A stretch of 64,000 bases of DNA from Candidatus Wolfebacteria bacterium. GTDB lineage: Bacteria; Patescibacteriota; Minisyncoccia; UBA6257; UBA9933. The position numbers were made by a program, and so were the translations under genes. The notes beneath the pieces are model-generated. The model worked only from the letters and a program-made list of their open reading frames with translations, did no database searches and was not told the origin of the DNA. Positions 9,196 to 18,759 of this stretch are shown piece by piece (within the stretch, counting starts at the first letter, position 1; every line of letters starts with the position of its first letter). The DNA lies in contig JANLIR010000007.1 of NCBI GenBank assembly GCA_024654025.1, positions 421 through 64,420 on the forward strand. The letters run 5' to 3'.

Positions 9196-9322
9196 CATTC
9201 GACTGACTCAGGTCTTCGACTCCCTCGGGACTGAGTCCTCGGGACGAACGTCCGAGACTCAGATCTTCTGATTCAGAGAATCATCAGATTCGATGAACTC
9301 GAGGAGGTTGTCCTGAGTTAAT
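9196..9322. repeat. GC-rich highly palindromic element (REP/RPE-like or structured leader) upstream of 9365 gene
   Basis: local GC spike in AT-rich DNA; nested inverted repeats e.g. CTGAGTCCTCGG...CCGAGACTCAG (12-bp stem), TCTGATTC...GAATCATCAGA, GTCCT...AGGAC; shares 'TTCGACTGA' and 'AGGAGG..GTCCTGAG' with the uvrC insert. Confidence 0.4.
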
Positions 9323-9364
9323 TGAAGGACAAAAATGGTCGTAAAATAATTAAAAAAAATAAAC

Positions 9365-10645
9365 ATGAAAAAGAAATTATTAGCATCAATACTAGCAGGG
9401 CTTACAATTCTAAGTTTGGTCGCGTTTGCGCCATTTGCTTCGGCGGATAGGGGCGGTCGGGAGGACAAGAGAGGAGGTCGGGATCGAGATGATGACAATC
9501 TTAATCTTAATCGCGGCCAGATGATTTCTTCGTTTGTCCGCGGTCTCAACAGCGGTCCGGGCAGTATCAACAGCGGCCGGGATCGGGACGACGACGACGA
9601 TGATGATGATGAGGATCTTAACGATAGAGACGAAAACAGAGGTCGAGGGAATGTCGGGGCTGGTATTAGCGATGGCAGAATCCAGGCATTAGAGAGATTA
9701 ATAGTTCTTATCCAGGAACAAATTCAGATTTTATTGGCGAGATTGAATGAGCTTAGGGGGGACGTTAATACTGTTTTGACAATTTCTTCCGTTGCGGCAA
9801 CCGAGATCAAAATAACTGAAGCAAAGGTTGTCTGGTTAACAAGCAGATCGGCAGACAGCAAAGTTTACTTTAGCACGGCTTCGCCCGTTGATCTTGCTAC
9901 CGCGCGAACAAAGTCTAAGGGAGGCCTTGAATTCAGCCACAGAGTCAGTTTGGATGGATTATCTCCAAATACCACTTATTTCTTTATTGTTGAATCAAAG
10001 GACACTTCCAACAATGTCGTTCGATCAGCGCAGTTTTCTTTCACTACCTTATCTGTCGGCGTTGATAATGCCGCTCCGATATTATCTTCTTTGATTGTAA
10101 CTAACATTGCTTCAAGCTCGGCAGAAGTTAAATGGGTTACCAACAAATCCGCCACAAGTAAGGCCTACTTTTCAACTAGCTCCCCGGTTAATTTAGGAAC
10201 AGCTTTAACTGTTGTGGACGCCAGTTTGGTGACCAGCCATTCGTTGAGGCTGACAGGACTTAGCGCCAGTACGACTTACTTCTTTGTAGTTGAGTCATTT
10301 GACGCGGCGAGTAGTGTTACAAGGTCAGCGCAGCTTTCCTTTAACACGGTATCCGCGGCCGCGCCTGTTATTTCGGTGATTTCCGTTTCGGGCTTAAGTT
10401 CGTCAACGGCTACAATTTCCTGGACAACCGATACGCTATCTACGAGCAAAGTTTACTTCTCGACCAGCACTCCGGTTAATGTTTTGAGCGCTCAGACTGC
10501 ATCAAGCAGCGCTCTTGTTACAAGCCATTTAATAGTTTTAACAGGGCTTAGCGCCAATACCAATTATTACTTTGTAATTGAGTCTGTTGACGTAATAAGC
10601 AATGTGAGCCGGTCAAGTCAGTTTTCGTTTCTGACCACGCTTTAA
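9365..10645 (+). CDS. secreted protein: signal peptide, poly-acidic region, coiled segment, three tandem FN3-like domains
   Basis: signal peptide; 'DRDDDDDDDDEDLNDRDENRG'; three ~100-aa repeats each ending 'TTYFF(I/V)VES.D...V.RS(A/S)QFSF.T'. Confidence 0.6.
   Translation: MKKKLLASILAGLTILSLVAFAPFASADRGGREDKRGGRDRDDDNLNLNRGQMISSFVRGLNSGPGSINSGRDRDDDDDDDDEDLNDRDENRGRGNVGAGISDGRIQALERLIVLIQEQIQILLARLNELRGDVNTVLTISSVAATEIKITEAKVVWLTSRSADSKVYFSTASPVDLATARTKSKGGLEFSHRVSLDGLSPNTTYFFIVESKDTSNNVVRSAQFSFTTLSVGVDNAAPILSSLIVTNIASSSAEVKWVTNKSATSKAYFSTSSPVNLGTALTVVDASLVTSHSLRLTGLSASTTYFFVVESFDAASSVTRSAQLSFNTVSAAAPVISVISVSGLSSSTATISWTTDTLSTSKVYFSTSTPVNVLSAQTASSSALVTSHLIVLTGLSANTNYYFVIESVDVISNVSRSSQFSFLTTL
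9587..9616 (+). repeat. (GAY)10 trinucleotide microsatellite in coding sequence (poly-Asp)
   Basis: gacgacgacgacgatgatgatgatgaggat. Confidence 0.8.
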
Positions 10646-10676
10646 AAGCTGTTAGAAATTAGAATTTGAACAATAA

Positions 10677-10728
10677 AACAACAAGAAAACCGCTTTAAGC
10701 GGTTTTCTTGTTGTTTCCTTTGTTTTGT
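10677..10728 (+). terminator. rho-independent terminator (long stem)
   Basis: AACAACAAGAAAACCGCtttaGCGGTTTTCTTGTTGTT + T-rich. Confidence 0.75.
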
Positions 10729-10845
10729 GGTTTTGTGAAAACTTGTTTTCTAAAACGTCTTATTTTGGTATGATTAAAGCAAGCAAGCTTTTTTGCAAAG
10801 CTGATTGTCAAAGGTCGAGCTGAAAAAAATTACACACAATTTAAA

Positions 10846-11388
10846 ATGAATAAAAAATTATTTGCAAAGATTTTAGGCGTGGCAATGATTGCGGTTTTAG
10901 CGGTTGTGGCTTTAAATGTGGCTTTTGCGGAAAATGACAATTCTTCAACGTCAGCCGTAAAATCAAAAGGCGGTACGTTGGGATGGGGTGAAATGAAGAA
11001 GCTTTCTGACTACGACAAAGAAGAAAGTAAAAGCGGCCAAGCGGTTATTATAAGAGCTAACGGCGATTTCCGAGTTAACGGCGTAACTGCCAATTCGGTG
11101 AATGCTTCTTCCAGCTTAATAAACGTTACGTTTTTTAATTTTACAAGAGACGTTAATGTTTCCGGAGCTAAAATAATGGGTGGAGGAAGGGCAATTTCTC
11201 TCTCTGATATTCAGGCTGGAGACAAGTTAAATGCCGCCGGCAATTATAACGCTTCAACTAAAGTTATAACTGTTTACGAGATACAAGACATCACTGCGCG
11301 CACGCAGAATATTTCCGAAATTCAGAAGAGAATCCAGCAATTAATGGATATGATTAATGCGCTTAAGGCTAAGTTGGGAATACAGTAA
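10846..11388 (+). CDS. secreted hypothetical protein
   Basis: signal peptide; no recognisable domain; terminator CCCCCCTCCGActtaaTTCGGAGGGGG at 11399-11436. Confidence 0.5.
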   Translation: MNKKLFAKILGVAMIAVLAVVALNVAFAENDNSSTSAVKSKGGTLGWGEMKKLSDYDKEESKSGQAVIIRANGDFRVNGVTANSVNASSSLINVTFFNFTRDVNVSGAKIMGGGRAISLSDIQAGDKLNAAGNYNASTKVITVYEIQDITARTQNISEIQKRIQQLMDMINALKAKLGIQ

Positions 11389-11684
11389 AGAAAATTTTAA
11401 CCCCCCTCCGACTTAATTCGGAGGGGGTTTTGTTTAGGTTTTTTGGGGCCGGTCGGAGCTTCGGTTTTTAATTTCGCCACAGATTTCGTCCCAATTTTGA
11501 ATTCCTTGAGGATTTTAAGGAAATAGACGAGTTTTATGCAGGGTATTGCTTTATTTTCTTTTATGTGTTAACCTTATTTCATAGGGTAAGTGTTCTCGCG
11601 AATGGTTTTAAGGCGACAATGTTTTAATCGGTCTTAATTAAAACCAGACGGGGGTTGGTCGCCTTACAATACAAAAATCAAAAA

Positions 11685-12023
11685 ATGGCTAAGAAATTAT
11701 ATGTCGGCGGGTTGCCTTATACGACCACCGATGAAGAATTAAAATCCAAATTTTCCGAATTTGGTTCAGTCTCGTCTGCCAATATCATTACTGATAAATT
11801 TACCGGCAGATCACGCGGTTTTGGCTTTGTTGAAATGGAAAACGACGAAGAGGCTCAGAGCGCGATTGAGAAATTGAATGGTTCGGATTTTGGAGGAAGA
11901 AATCTTACTGTTAATGAAGCAAAGCCGATGGGAGAAAGAGCGCCGCGAAAGAGTTTTGGCGGTGGCGGACGAGGAGGATTCGGCGGAGGCAGAGGGAGAG
12001 GAGAAGGAGGTAATTGGCAGTAA
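11685..12023 (+). CDS. RNA-binding protein (RRM domain, Gly-rich C-terminus)
   Basis: 'KLYVGGLPYTTTDEEL...RGFGFVEM' RNP2/RNP1 motifs; the ATG at 11685 is preferred over the track start 11655; terminator at 12038-12076. Confidence 0.8.
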   Translation: MAKKLYVGGLPYTTTDEELKSKFSEFGSVSSANIITDKFTGRSRGFGFVEMENDEEAQSAIEKLNGSDFGGRNLTVNEAKPMGERAPRKSFGGGGRGGFGGGRGRGEGGNWQ

Positions 12024-12127
12024 AGTAGATAAGAAAAACACCCCTCCGACTAAGGTCGGAGGGGTGTTTTGTTTTGCTTATTTTTATGATATATTTAAGA
12101 AAATAAGGTTGTTTGATTTTTTATAAA

Positions 12128-12415
12128 ATGAGAGAAACACAACCACAAGTCAGTTCGTTTGTTTGCCAGAGCTGTTCTATGCCTATGGAAAAACCGACTG
12201 ATTTTGGAACCGAGATTGACGGTTTGGCAAGTAAAGAATTTTGCGTTTTCTGTTATTCCAACGGAAGTTTTATTGAACCCGATTTAATTCTTAGCCAGAT
12301 GATAGATAAAGTTTCGCGAATGCTGGCTAAGCAGATGAATATTTCGGAGGATGAGGCGAGTTCAATAGCGCGAACTTCGGTACCGTCTTTGAAAAGGTGG
12401 CAGAAAAAAATTTAA
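12128..12415 (+). CDS. zinc-ribbon domain protein
   Basis: CQSC...CVFC four-Cys motif; start could be 12113. Confidence 0.45.
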   Translation: MRETQPQVSSFVCQSCSMPMEKPTDFGTEIDGLASKEFCVFCYSNGSFIEPDLILSQMIDKVSRMLAKQMNISEDEASSIARTSVPSLKRWQKKI

Positions 12416-12428
12416 ATTTTACCACAAT

Positions 12429-12857
12429 ATGGAAAAAGAAATTAAAAAAATTTACAGATCAATTGACGACAGAATTATTTGGGGAGTTGGCGGAGGGCTG
12501 GCTAAATATTTTGGACTTGATTCGACTTTGGTCCGTCTTATTTTGGTTGCTTTTGCGCTCATAACAGGAGGATTGGGGATTTTATTTTATTTTGCGGCGG
12601 CTCTTATTGTTCCAAATGAGCCGGGAATTTTTAAAAATTCGAGCGAAAACGTTTCTGACAATTTTAATAATTTTAACGACAAAGTCAGAGCTAGAAAAGG
12701 GGGCGGAATAATAATAGGTACGGTGCTTTTAATAATAGGCATTTTAGCGGTGCTTAAAAAGTTTTTTCCGATTGTTTGGTTTGGCTGGGGTTTAACGTGG
12801 CCGATAATAGCTATAATTTTAGGAATAGCGATTCTTATAAGAAGCGGCCGCAAGTAG
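12429..12857 (+). CDS. PspC-domain membrane protein
   Basis: 'IYRSIDDRIIWGVGGGLAKYFGLDSTLVRLILVAFAL' PspC domain. Confidence 0.7.
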   Translation: MEKEIKKIYRSIDDRIIWGVGGGLAKYFGLDSTLVRLILVAFALITGGLGILFYFAAALIVPNEPGIFKNSSENVSDNFNNFNDKVRARKGGGIIIGTVLLIIGILAVLKKFFPIVWFGWGLTWPIIAIILGIAILIRSGRK

Positions 12858-12860
12858 ACT

Positions 12861-13352
12861 ATGAGTAAAAGTGTTGTTTTGATGGTTTTGGCAATGGCCG
12901 TTGTTTTATATGGCGGCTATTATTTTTATAATCAATTTTTAAACGGCAAATCCGAGATTAAAAATTCAGACTCTCCTGCTACGCAGGATCTTGCGAAGCG
13001 AGATAATATTATGGAAAATGTGACAAAAGAAAATCTTAAAATAGAAGTTTTAAAAGAAGGGAGCGGAATTGAAGCAAAAAACGGCGATAAAGTGAGCGTT
13101 CACTATGTCGGCACCTTAACGGATGGGAAAAAATTTGATTCCAGTTTAGACCGGGGTGAGCCGTTTAGTTTTATACTGGGAGCGAGCCAGGTTATAAAAG
13201 GATGGGATCAAAGCGTTTTAGGAATGAAAGTCGGCGAAAAAAGAAAATTGACAATACCGTCTGGTTTAGCATATGGCGATAACGGCATACCCGGAGTGAT
13301 TCCGCCGAAAGCAACTTTAATATTTGAAGTAGAATTATTGAAGATAAATTAA
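12861..13352 (+). CDS. FKBP-type peptidyl-prolyl cis-trans isomerase
   Basis: '[16 protein letters not shown]...[26 protein letters not shown]' FKBP signature. Confidence 0.85.
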   Translation: MSKSVVLMVLAMAVVLYGGYYFYNQFLNGKSEIKNSDSPATQDLAKRDNIMENVTKENLKIEVLKEGSGIEAKNGDKVSVHYVGTLTDGKKFDSSLDRGEPFSFILGASQVIKGWDQSVLGMKVGEKRKLTIPSGLAYGDNGIPGVIPPKATLIFEVELLKIN

Positions 13353-13810
13353 TGAAGGATCCAAAAATATTATTGGGCGCTTTAATTATAATCGCAGCCG
13401 CGATTATATTTTTATTTGTTAAAGAAAAAAATACCGGATTGCAGCCGCAAGTTTGCGTTAAAAATATCTGTTTTAACGTGGAAATCGCAAAAACCTATTT
13501 TAAAAGAGGAAAGGGATTGATGTTTAGGAAAAACTTGATTGAAAAATCCGGAATGCTTTTTGTTTTTGAGCATCCGAACCTCTATCCTTTTTGGATGAAA
13601 AATACGCTTATTTCGCTAGATATGATTTGGATAAGTGAAGATAAGAAAGTTGTTTTTATCCATAAGAATGCCCAGCCTTGCGTTTCGGGGACAATTTGCG
13701 AAAATATTAATCCGCAAGCCCCGGCCAGTTATGTTCTTGAAATAAACGCCGGCGAAGCGGACAAAGAGGAAATTTCAATAGGCGACAGCGTTAGTTTTAT
13801 AAATATTTAA
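13352..13810 (+). CDS. DUF192-domain protein
   Basis: 'KGLMFRK...MLFVF...WMKNTLISLDMIWI' DUF192 (COG1430) pattern. Confidence 0.55.
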   Translation: MKDPKILLGALIIIAAAIIFLFVKEKNTGLQPQVCVKNICFNVEIAKTYFKRGKGLMFRKNLIEKSGMLFVFEHPNLYPFWMKNTLISLDMIWISEDKKVVFIHKNAQPCVSGTICENINPQAPASYVLEINAGEADKEEISIGDSVSFINI

Positions 13811-13811
13811 C

Positions 13812-15044
13812 ATGCAATTTAGTAAAAAATATGTTTTGGCGGTCTCTGTGCCTATTTTAGTTCTGATGGGATATTGGGGGTTGGCAACTAAAAAAAACAT
13901 CACTCTTTTGTCTCTGGTGTCTTTGGAAAAAAATGAAAACGCGATAAACTCCAGCTCAACTGAAAAAAAACTAAATGAATTTGTCAGAAACCCCGTTTTT
14001 ATAAACACTCCTGATGTTGTAAAGGGGATTTATTTAACAAGTTGGTCGGGAGGAAGCAAGAAAAAAATTGATGAGGTTATTAAACTTTCAAAAACATTCG
14101 GTATAAATTCGGTAGTTATAGACATAAAAGATTTTTCCGGTTATTTGGCCTATGATACTGGTTTGGAGCAGGTTAAAAAATATAAGGCTCACGAGATAAA
14201 AATCGCTAATATAACAGATGTTATTAATAAATTGCATAGCGAGAATATTTATACCATTGCTCGAATTACGGTTTTTCAGGATCCGGTTATGGCAAAAACG
14301 CGGCCGGACTTAGCGGTTAGAAGAAAATCCACAGGCGGGATTTGGCTGGATAGAAAAGGCTTGGGTTGGATTGATCCATCAAATAAAGATTATTGGAATT
14401 ATATAGTTGACATTTCTAAAGACGCGCGCAGCCGAGGATTTGATGAATTAAATTTTGATTATATCCGGTTTCCTTCGGACGGAAATTTGGCGGATATGGA
14501 ATTTCCATCGTGGAACCGGAAAATTCCAAAACACGAAATTATCAGAGAATTTTTTAAACACTTAAGGGATAATTTGCCCGGCGTTAAAATATCCGCTGAT
14601 CTTTTCGGTTTGGCCACCATCCAAAAGGACGATTTGGGCATTGGCCAGATAATTGAAGACGCGTATGAAAATTTTGATTATGTTTCGCCTATGGTTTATC
14701 CGTCGCATTACGCAAGCGGATTTTTGGGATATAAAAGTCCCGCGAAGTATCCTTATGAAGTCATTAAATATTCGATGGACAGCGCGGTTAAAAAGTTGAG
14801 CTTGCTTGATGGAAGCGCGGGTGCCACTTCGACTGCTTCTGCCAGTTCAACAAATTTAATAGCCAGTAATAAAAAATTTGCAGAGCTTAGGCCTTGGATC
14901 CAAGATTTTGATTTAGGCGCGGATTATAACGTTCAAATGGTGAAGTTGGAAATTGACGCGATAAAAGACGCTTTGGGTAGCGGGTTTACGGGTTTTATGC
15001 TATGGTCTCCGTCTAATATATACACCGTGGAAGCCCTGCGTTAG
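13812..15044 (+). CDS. putative glycoside-hydrolase-like (TIM-barrel, COG1306-type) membrane-anchored protein
   Basis: N-terminal TM; 'GIYLTSWSGG...INSVVIDIKD...IARITVFQD' resembles putative GH-like family proteins. Confidence 0.45.
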   Translation: MQFSKKYVLAVSVPILVLMGYWGLATKKNITLLSLVSLEKNENAINSSSTEKKLNEFVRNPVFINTPDVVKGIYLTSWSGGSKKKIDEVIKLSKTFGINSVVIDIKDFSGYLAYDTGLEQVKKYKAHEIKIANITDVINKLHSENIYTIARITVFQDPVMAKTRPDLAVRRKSTGGIWLDRKGLGWIDPSNKDYWNYIVDISKDARSRGFDELNFDYIRFPSDGNLADMEFPSWNRKIPKHEIIREFFKHLRDNLPGVKISADLFGLATIQKDDLGIGQIIEDAYENFDYVSPMVYPSHYASGFLGYKSPAKYPYEVIKYSMDSAVKKLSLLDGSAGATSTASASSTNLIASNKKFAELRPWIQDFDLGADYNVQMVKLEIDAIKDALGSGFTGFMLWSPSNIYTVEALR

Positions 15045-15077
15045 ATAATAATATATGTTAAAATAAATTTAATAAAT

Positions 15078-15209
15078 CCCGCACCTTTATTAGATTTAAA
15101 TTTTTAACGAAGCCAACGACAATTTAATTAATTTTGATATTTTTATAAAATAATGATTAGTTATAAATTAACAAAATTTTATTGCTTCGCGATCTAATAA
15201 AGGTGCGGG
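15078..15209. mobile_element. MITE-like palindromic element, family 1, copy 1
   Basis: terminal inverted repeats (T)CCCGCACCTTTATTAGAT ... ATCTAATAAAGGTGCGGG(A); flanked by TAAA/TAAA 4-bp direct repeats. Confidence 0.65.
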
Positions 15210-15231
15210 ATAAAATTAATTATTAAATAGT

Positions 15232-16788
15232 ATGTCCAAAATTATAAACTTTATAAAAGCCAGGAAATTTTCGGTTGGAGGATTGCTGTTATTCGTCGTT
15301 GTGGCGAGCTATTTTTTATTTATAAGAACCAAACCAAGCGGTTTAAAATTTTTTACCGTTACAAGGGGCGAAGTTAAGTCCGAAGTAAGCGTTACGGGAA
15401 AAGTAAAGCCATCTAAAAACTTGGATTTAGCCTTTGAAAAAAGCGGCCGCATAACTAGAATTTATGTTAAGGTAGGCGACAAAGTCGGCGAAGGTCAGCA
15501 ATTAGTCAGCTTGGATAATTCCGATTTGATTGCTCAACTTGCGCAGGCCCAAGCCAATCTTAAATCGCAGGAAGTAAAATTAGAGCAACTGAAAAAAGGC
15601 ACTCGGCCGGAGCAAATAAAAATCCATCAAGCCCAATTAGATAAAGCGAAACAAGATTTGACTAATTATTATTCGGGGGCGGTGAACGTACTTACTGACT
15701 CATACACAAAATCGGATGACGCGATAAGAAAGCAAGTCGGCGGGCTGTTTACGGGATTAACCACGTCTAATCCGCAATTGATTTTTTCTTCAAGCGACTC
15801 GCAGGCGGTTATAGACGTCCAAACGAAAATGGCGCTGTCAATCGCCGCTCTTGATAGTTGGCGAAGTCAATTAAGCATTCTTAATTCTTCTGATTCGGCG
15901 GCAATAGAACAAGCCATTAATAATTCAGATAAGTATTTGAATATCGTCAAAGGCATGCTTGACCGATTGACAGATTCGTTAAATAGCTCGTTTGGGATTT
16001 CTTCCGCAACGATTGATTCATATAAACTTAACGTTAATACTGCCAGAGCCAATGTGAATACAGCGATAACCAATATTAGCAACCAATTGCAATCAATATT
16101 GTCGCAAAAAATCGTAGTCCAGACGAATCAAGATCAGCTTTCTTTGGATTTAGCCGGTTCGACTGCGGAAGATATTTCTTATCAACAAGCGCAGGTTGAT
16201 TCAGTGGCGGCCAATGTCGCTTATTATCAGTCGCAGGTTTCTAAAACTGTTTTAAGAGCGCCTTTTTCAGGTACGGTGACAAAAGTGAATTTTGACCCCG
16301 GAGACATTATCCCTGCGAATACCGCGGCTGTTTCGTTGATCGGTGTGGGGCAATACGAGATAGAGGCCAATGTTGCCGAATCGGACATTGCCGACGTGAA
16401 AATAGGAAATACGGCAAGAGTTACTTTGGACGCTTACGGTTCAGATGTGGTTTTCGGGGCAAAAGTCGTTCAAATAGATTTATCTTCAACTGTTTTAGAG
16501 GGAGTAGCGACTTATAAAACGACATTGCAGTTTTTGAATAGTGATTCAAGAATATTGGCAGGGTTCACGGCGAACGTCGATATTTTAAGCGCGCTGAAAG
16601 AAAACGTTCTTTACGTCCCGACGCGGGATATACTTACCAGAGACACTAAAAAATACGTTAAATTAGTAAAAGATGAAAAAAATGGAATTGTGGAGGAGTC
16701 GCAAATTACCATTGGGCTTCGCGGTTCTGACGGAAGAACTGAAGTTGTATCGGGCTTGAATGAAGGAGACAAAATTGTTGTTGACTAA
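15232..16788 (+). CDS. efflux transporter periplasmic adaptor subunit (HlyD/MacA family)
   Basis: N-terminal TM, long coiled-coil, beta-barrel/lipoyl-like segments typical of membrane-fusion proteins. Confidence 0.75.
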   Translation: MSKIINFIKARKFSVGGLLLFVVVASYFLFIRTKPSGLKFFTVTRGEVKSEVSVTGKVKPSKNLDLAFEKSGRITRIYVKVGDKVGEGQQLVSLDNSDLIAQLAQAQANLKSQEVKLEQLKKGTRPEQIKIHQAQLDKAKQDLTNYYSGAVNVLTDSYTKSDDAIRKQVGGLFTGLTTSNPQLIFSSSDSQAVIDVQTKMALSIAALDSWRSQLSILNSSDSAAIEQAINNSDKYLNIVKGMLDRLTDSLNSSFGISSATIDSYKLNVNTARANVNTAITNISNQLQSILSQKIVVQTNQDQLSLDLAGSTAEDISYQQAQVDSVAANVAYYQSQVSKTVLRAPFSGTVTKVNFDPGDIIPANTAAVSLIGVGQYEIEANVAESDIADVKIGNTARVTLDAYGSDVVFGAKVVQIDLSSTVLEGVATYKTTLQFLNSDSRILAGFTANVDILSALKENVLYVPTRDILTRDTKKYVKLVKDEKNGIVEESQITIGLRGSDGRTEVVSGLNEGDKIVVD

Positions 16789-16793
16789 GCGCG

Positions 16794-17507
16794 ATGTTAA
16801 TAGAGACAAAAGGGTTGAAAAAAATTTACTCGATTGACGGATCGGAAACTCCGGCCGTAAACGGAATCAACCTTGAAATAAAGGAGGGTGAATTTGTGGC
16901 GATTATAGGGCCTTCGGGGTCGGGCAAGTCAACGTTGCTTCAGATTTTGGGTTGTTTAGACCGGCCGACGGGCGGAGAATATTTTTTTGACGGGAAAGAG
17001 ATAGAAAAATATTCGGACGACGAATTAGCGCATTTGCGCAATAAAAAGTTCGGATTTGTTTTTCAGTCATTTAATCTTTTGGGGAGATTATCGGTTTTAG
17101 AAAACGTAGAATTGCCTTTAATTTACGCGGGCATTCCGGAATTAAAACGCAGAGAAATGGCCGTTAAGGTTATAGGTTCGGTAGGATTATCCGATAGGGT
17201 TGATTTTGAAACCATGCGGCTTTCAGGAGGCCAGAAGCAGAGAGTCGCTATCGCGCGAGCTTTAGTTAATGAACCGAGAATTATTTTCGCGGACGAACCG
17301 ACGGGCAATTTAGATTCAAAATCAGGAGAAATTATTTTAGAATTTTTCGAAAAACTTCATGAAGACGGGCATACAATCGTTTTGGTCACTCATGAGACAT
17401 ATTTGGCGGAATCAGCCGAAAGGATAATATATCTTAAAGACGGGTTGATTGAGAGAGAAGAAATCGTTAATCACAAGTCCTTTAGAGAAAATAAATTTTC
17501 TAAATAA
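16794..17507 (+). CDS. ABC transporter ATP-binding protein (MacB/LolD-type)
   Basis: Walker [10 protein letters not shown], signature [15 protein letters not shown], Walker [13 protein letters not shown]. Confidence 0.9.
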   Translation: MLIETKGLKKIYSIDGSETPAVNGINLEIKEGEFVAIIGPSGSGKSTLLQILGCLDRPTGGEYFFDGKEIEKYSDDELAHLRNKKFGFVFQSFNLLGRLSVLENVELPLIYAGIPELKRREMAVKVIGSVGLSDRVDFETMRLSGGQKQRVAIARALVNEPRIIFADEPTGNLDSKSGEIILEFFEKLHEDGHTIVLVTHETYLAESAERIIYLKDGLIEREEIVNHKSFRENKFSK

Positions 17508-17516
17508 GTATTTTTT

Positions 17517-18758
17517 ATGAAATTCAGGGATAATTTAAAAATGTCTTATTCGGGATTGACAACGCACATGTCGCGTTCGGTTTTGACCATATTGGGAATT
17601 GTTATCGGCATTACCGCGATAATTATAGTTATGTCTCTTGGGCAAAGCGCGCAGAATTTGATTGTGGGGGAAATACAATCAATGGGGCCGGAAACAATCG
17701 TTGTTTTGCCGGGCAAACAGCCTAAAGGGTTAAGCGATGTCGGCGGATCAATATTTGGCGATTCATTAAAAGAGAGAGATTTTAAGGATTTAAGCAAAAA
17801 AGAAAATGTTCCCGATGCCGTCAATGTTGGTCCGGTTGTTTTCAGCCAAATCAACTCTTCTTATGGATCGGAGACTTACGACACCATGATTTTGGGGGTA
17901 TCTCCTTCGATGTTTAAAACATTTGGCCTTGAAGTAAATCCGCCCGGAACGCTTTTTGGATCCAACGACGTTAATGAAAAATCCAGCGTTGTTATTTTAG
18001 GGAATAAAGCTCAAACCGAACTTTTTGGCAACTCTGATTCAATTGGAGAAAAAATTAAAATAAAAGGGAAAAATTTCAAAGTTATAGGCGTTCTGATAAA
18101 AAAGGGGCAGTCCTCGTTTGTTAATTTTGACGACCATATAATAGCGCCCTACACGACAGTTCAGGATTTGTCGGGCTTGAAATATTTCAACAGAATAGCG
18201 GTGACGGCTAAATCCGTGGAGGCAATTCCAAGCGTCATTAAGGACATAGAGCTTGTTTTAAGGACTAACCATAAAATTGACGATCCAAAAAATGACGATT
18301 TTTATATTCAAACACAGGAAGATCTGGTTAAAAGCATCAGCAGCATAACGGATATTTTGACGATTTTTCTGGGTTCCGTGGCCGCTATATCTCTGGTAGT
18401 GGGCGGAATTGGCATTATGAATATTATGTTTGTATCGGTTACCGAACGCACTCGCGAGATTGGGTTAAGAAAGGCGCTGGGCGCTACCAATAAAAATATT
18501 TTGGTCCAGTTTTTGACCGAAGCGGTTATTTTGACCGTAACCGGCGGGGTGATAGGCATTATTTTCGGGACCGGACTAACCGCTTTGACCGTGGTTGTTT
18601 TAAACAAGTTCGCGGGCATTAATTTTTCTTTTTCTTTTCCTATAGACGGAGCGCTTTTAGGACTGTTCGTTTCCAGCGCGGTTGGTTTTATTTTCGGAAT
18701 TTTCCCGGCGCGCAAGGCTTCACTAAAGAGTCCCATTGAGGCGTTAAGATACGAATAA
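17517..18758 (+). CDS. ABC transporter permease (FtsX/MacB family)
   Basis: N-terminal TM, large periplasmic domain, C-terminal FtsX-like 3-TM bundle. Confidence 0.85.
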   Translation: MKFRDNLKMSYSGLTTHMSRSVLTILGIVIGITAIIIVMSLGQSAQNLIVGEIQSMGPETIVVLPGKQPKGLSDVGGSIFGDSLKERDFKDLSKKENVPDAVNVGPVVFSQINSSYGSETYDTMILGVSPSMFKTFGLEVNPPGTLFGSNDVNEKSSVVILGNKAQTELFGNSDSIGEKIKIKGKNFKVIGVLIKKGQSSFVNFDDHIIAPYTTVQDLSGLKYFNRIAVTAKSVEAIPSVIKDIELVLRTNHKIDDPKNDDFYIQTQEDLVKSISSITDILTIFLGSVAAISLVVGGIGIMNIMFVSVTERTREIGLRKALGATNKNILVQFLTEAVILTVTGGVIGIIFGTGLTALTVVVLNKFAGINFSFSFPIDGALLGLFVSSAVGFIFGIFPARKASLKSPIEALRYE

Positions 18759-18759
18759 A

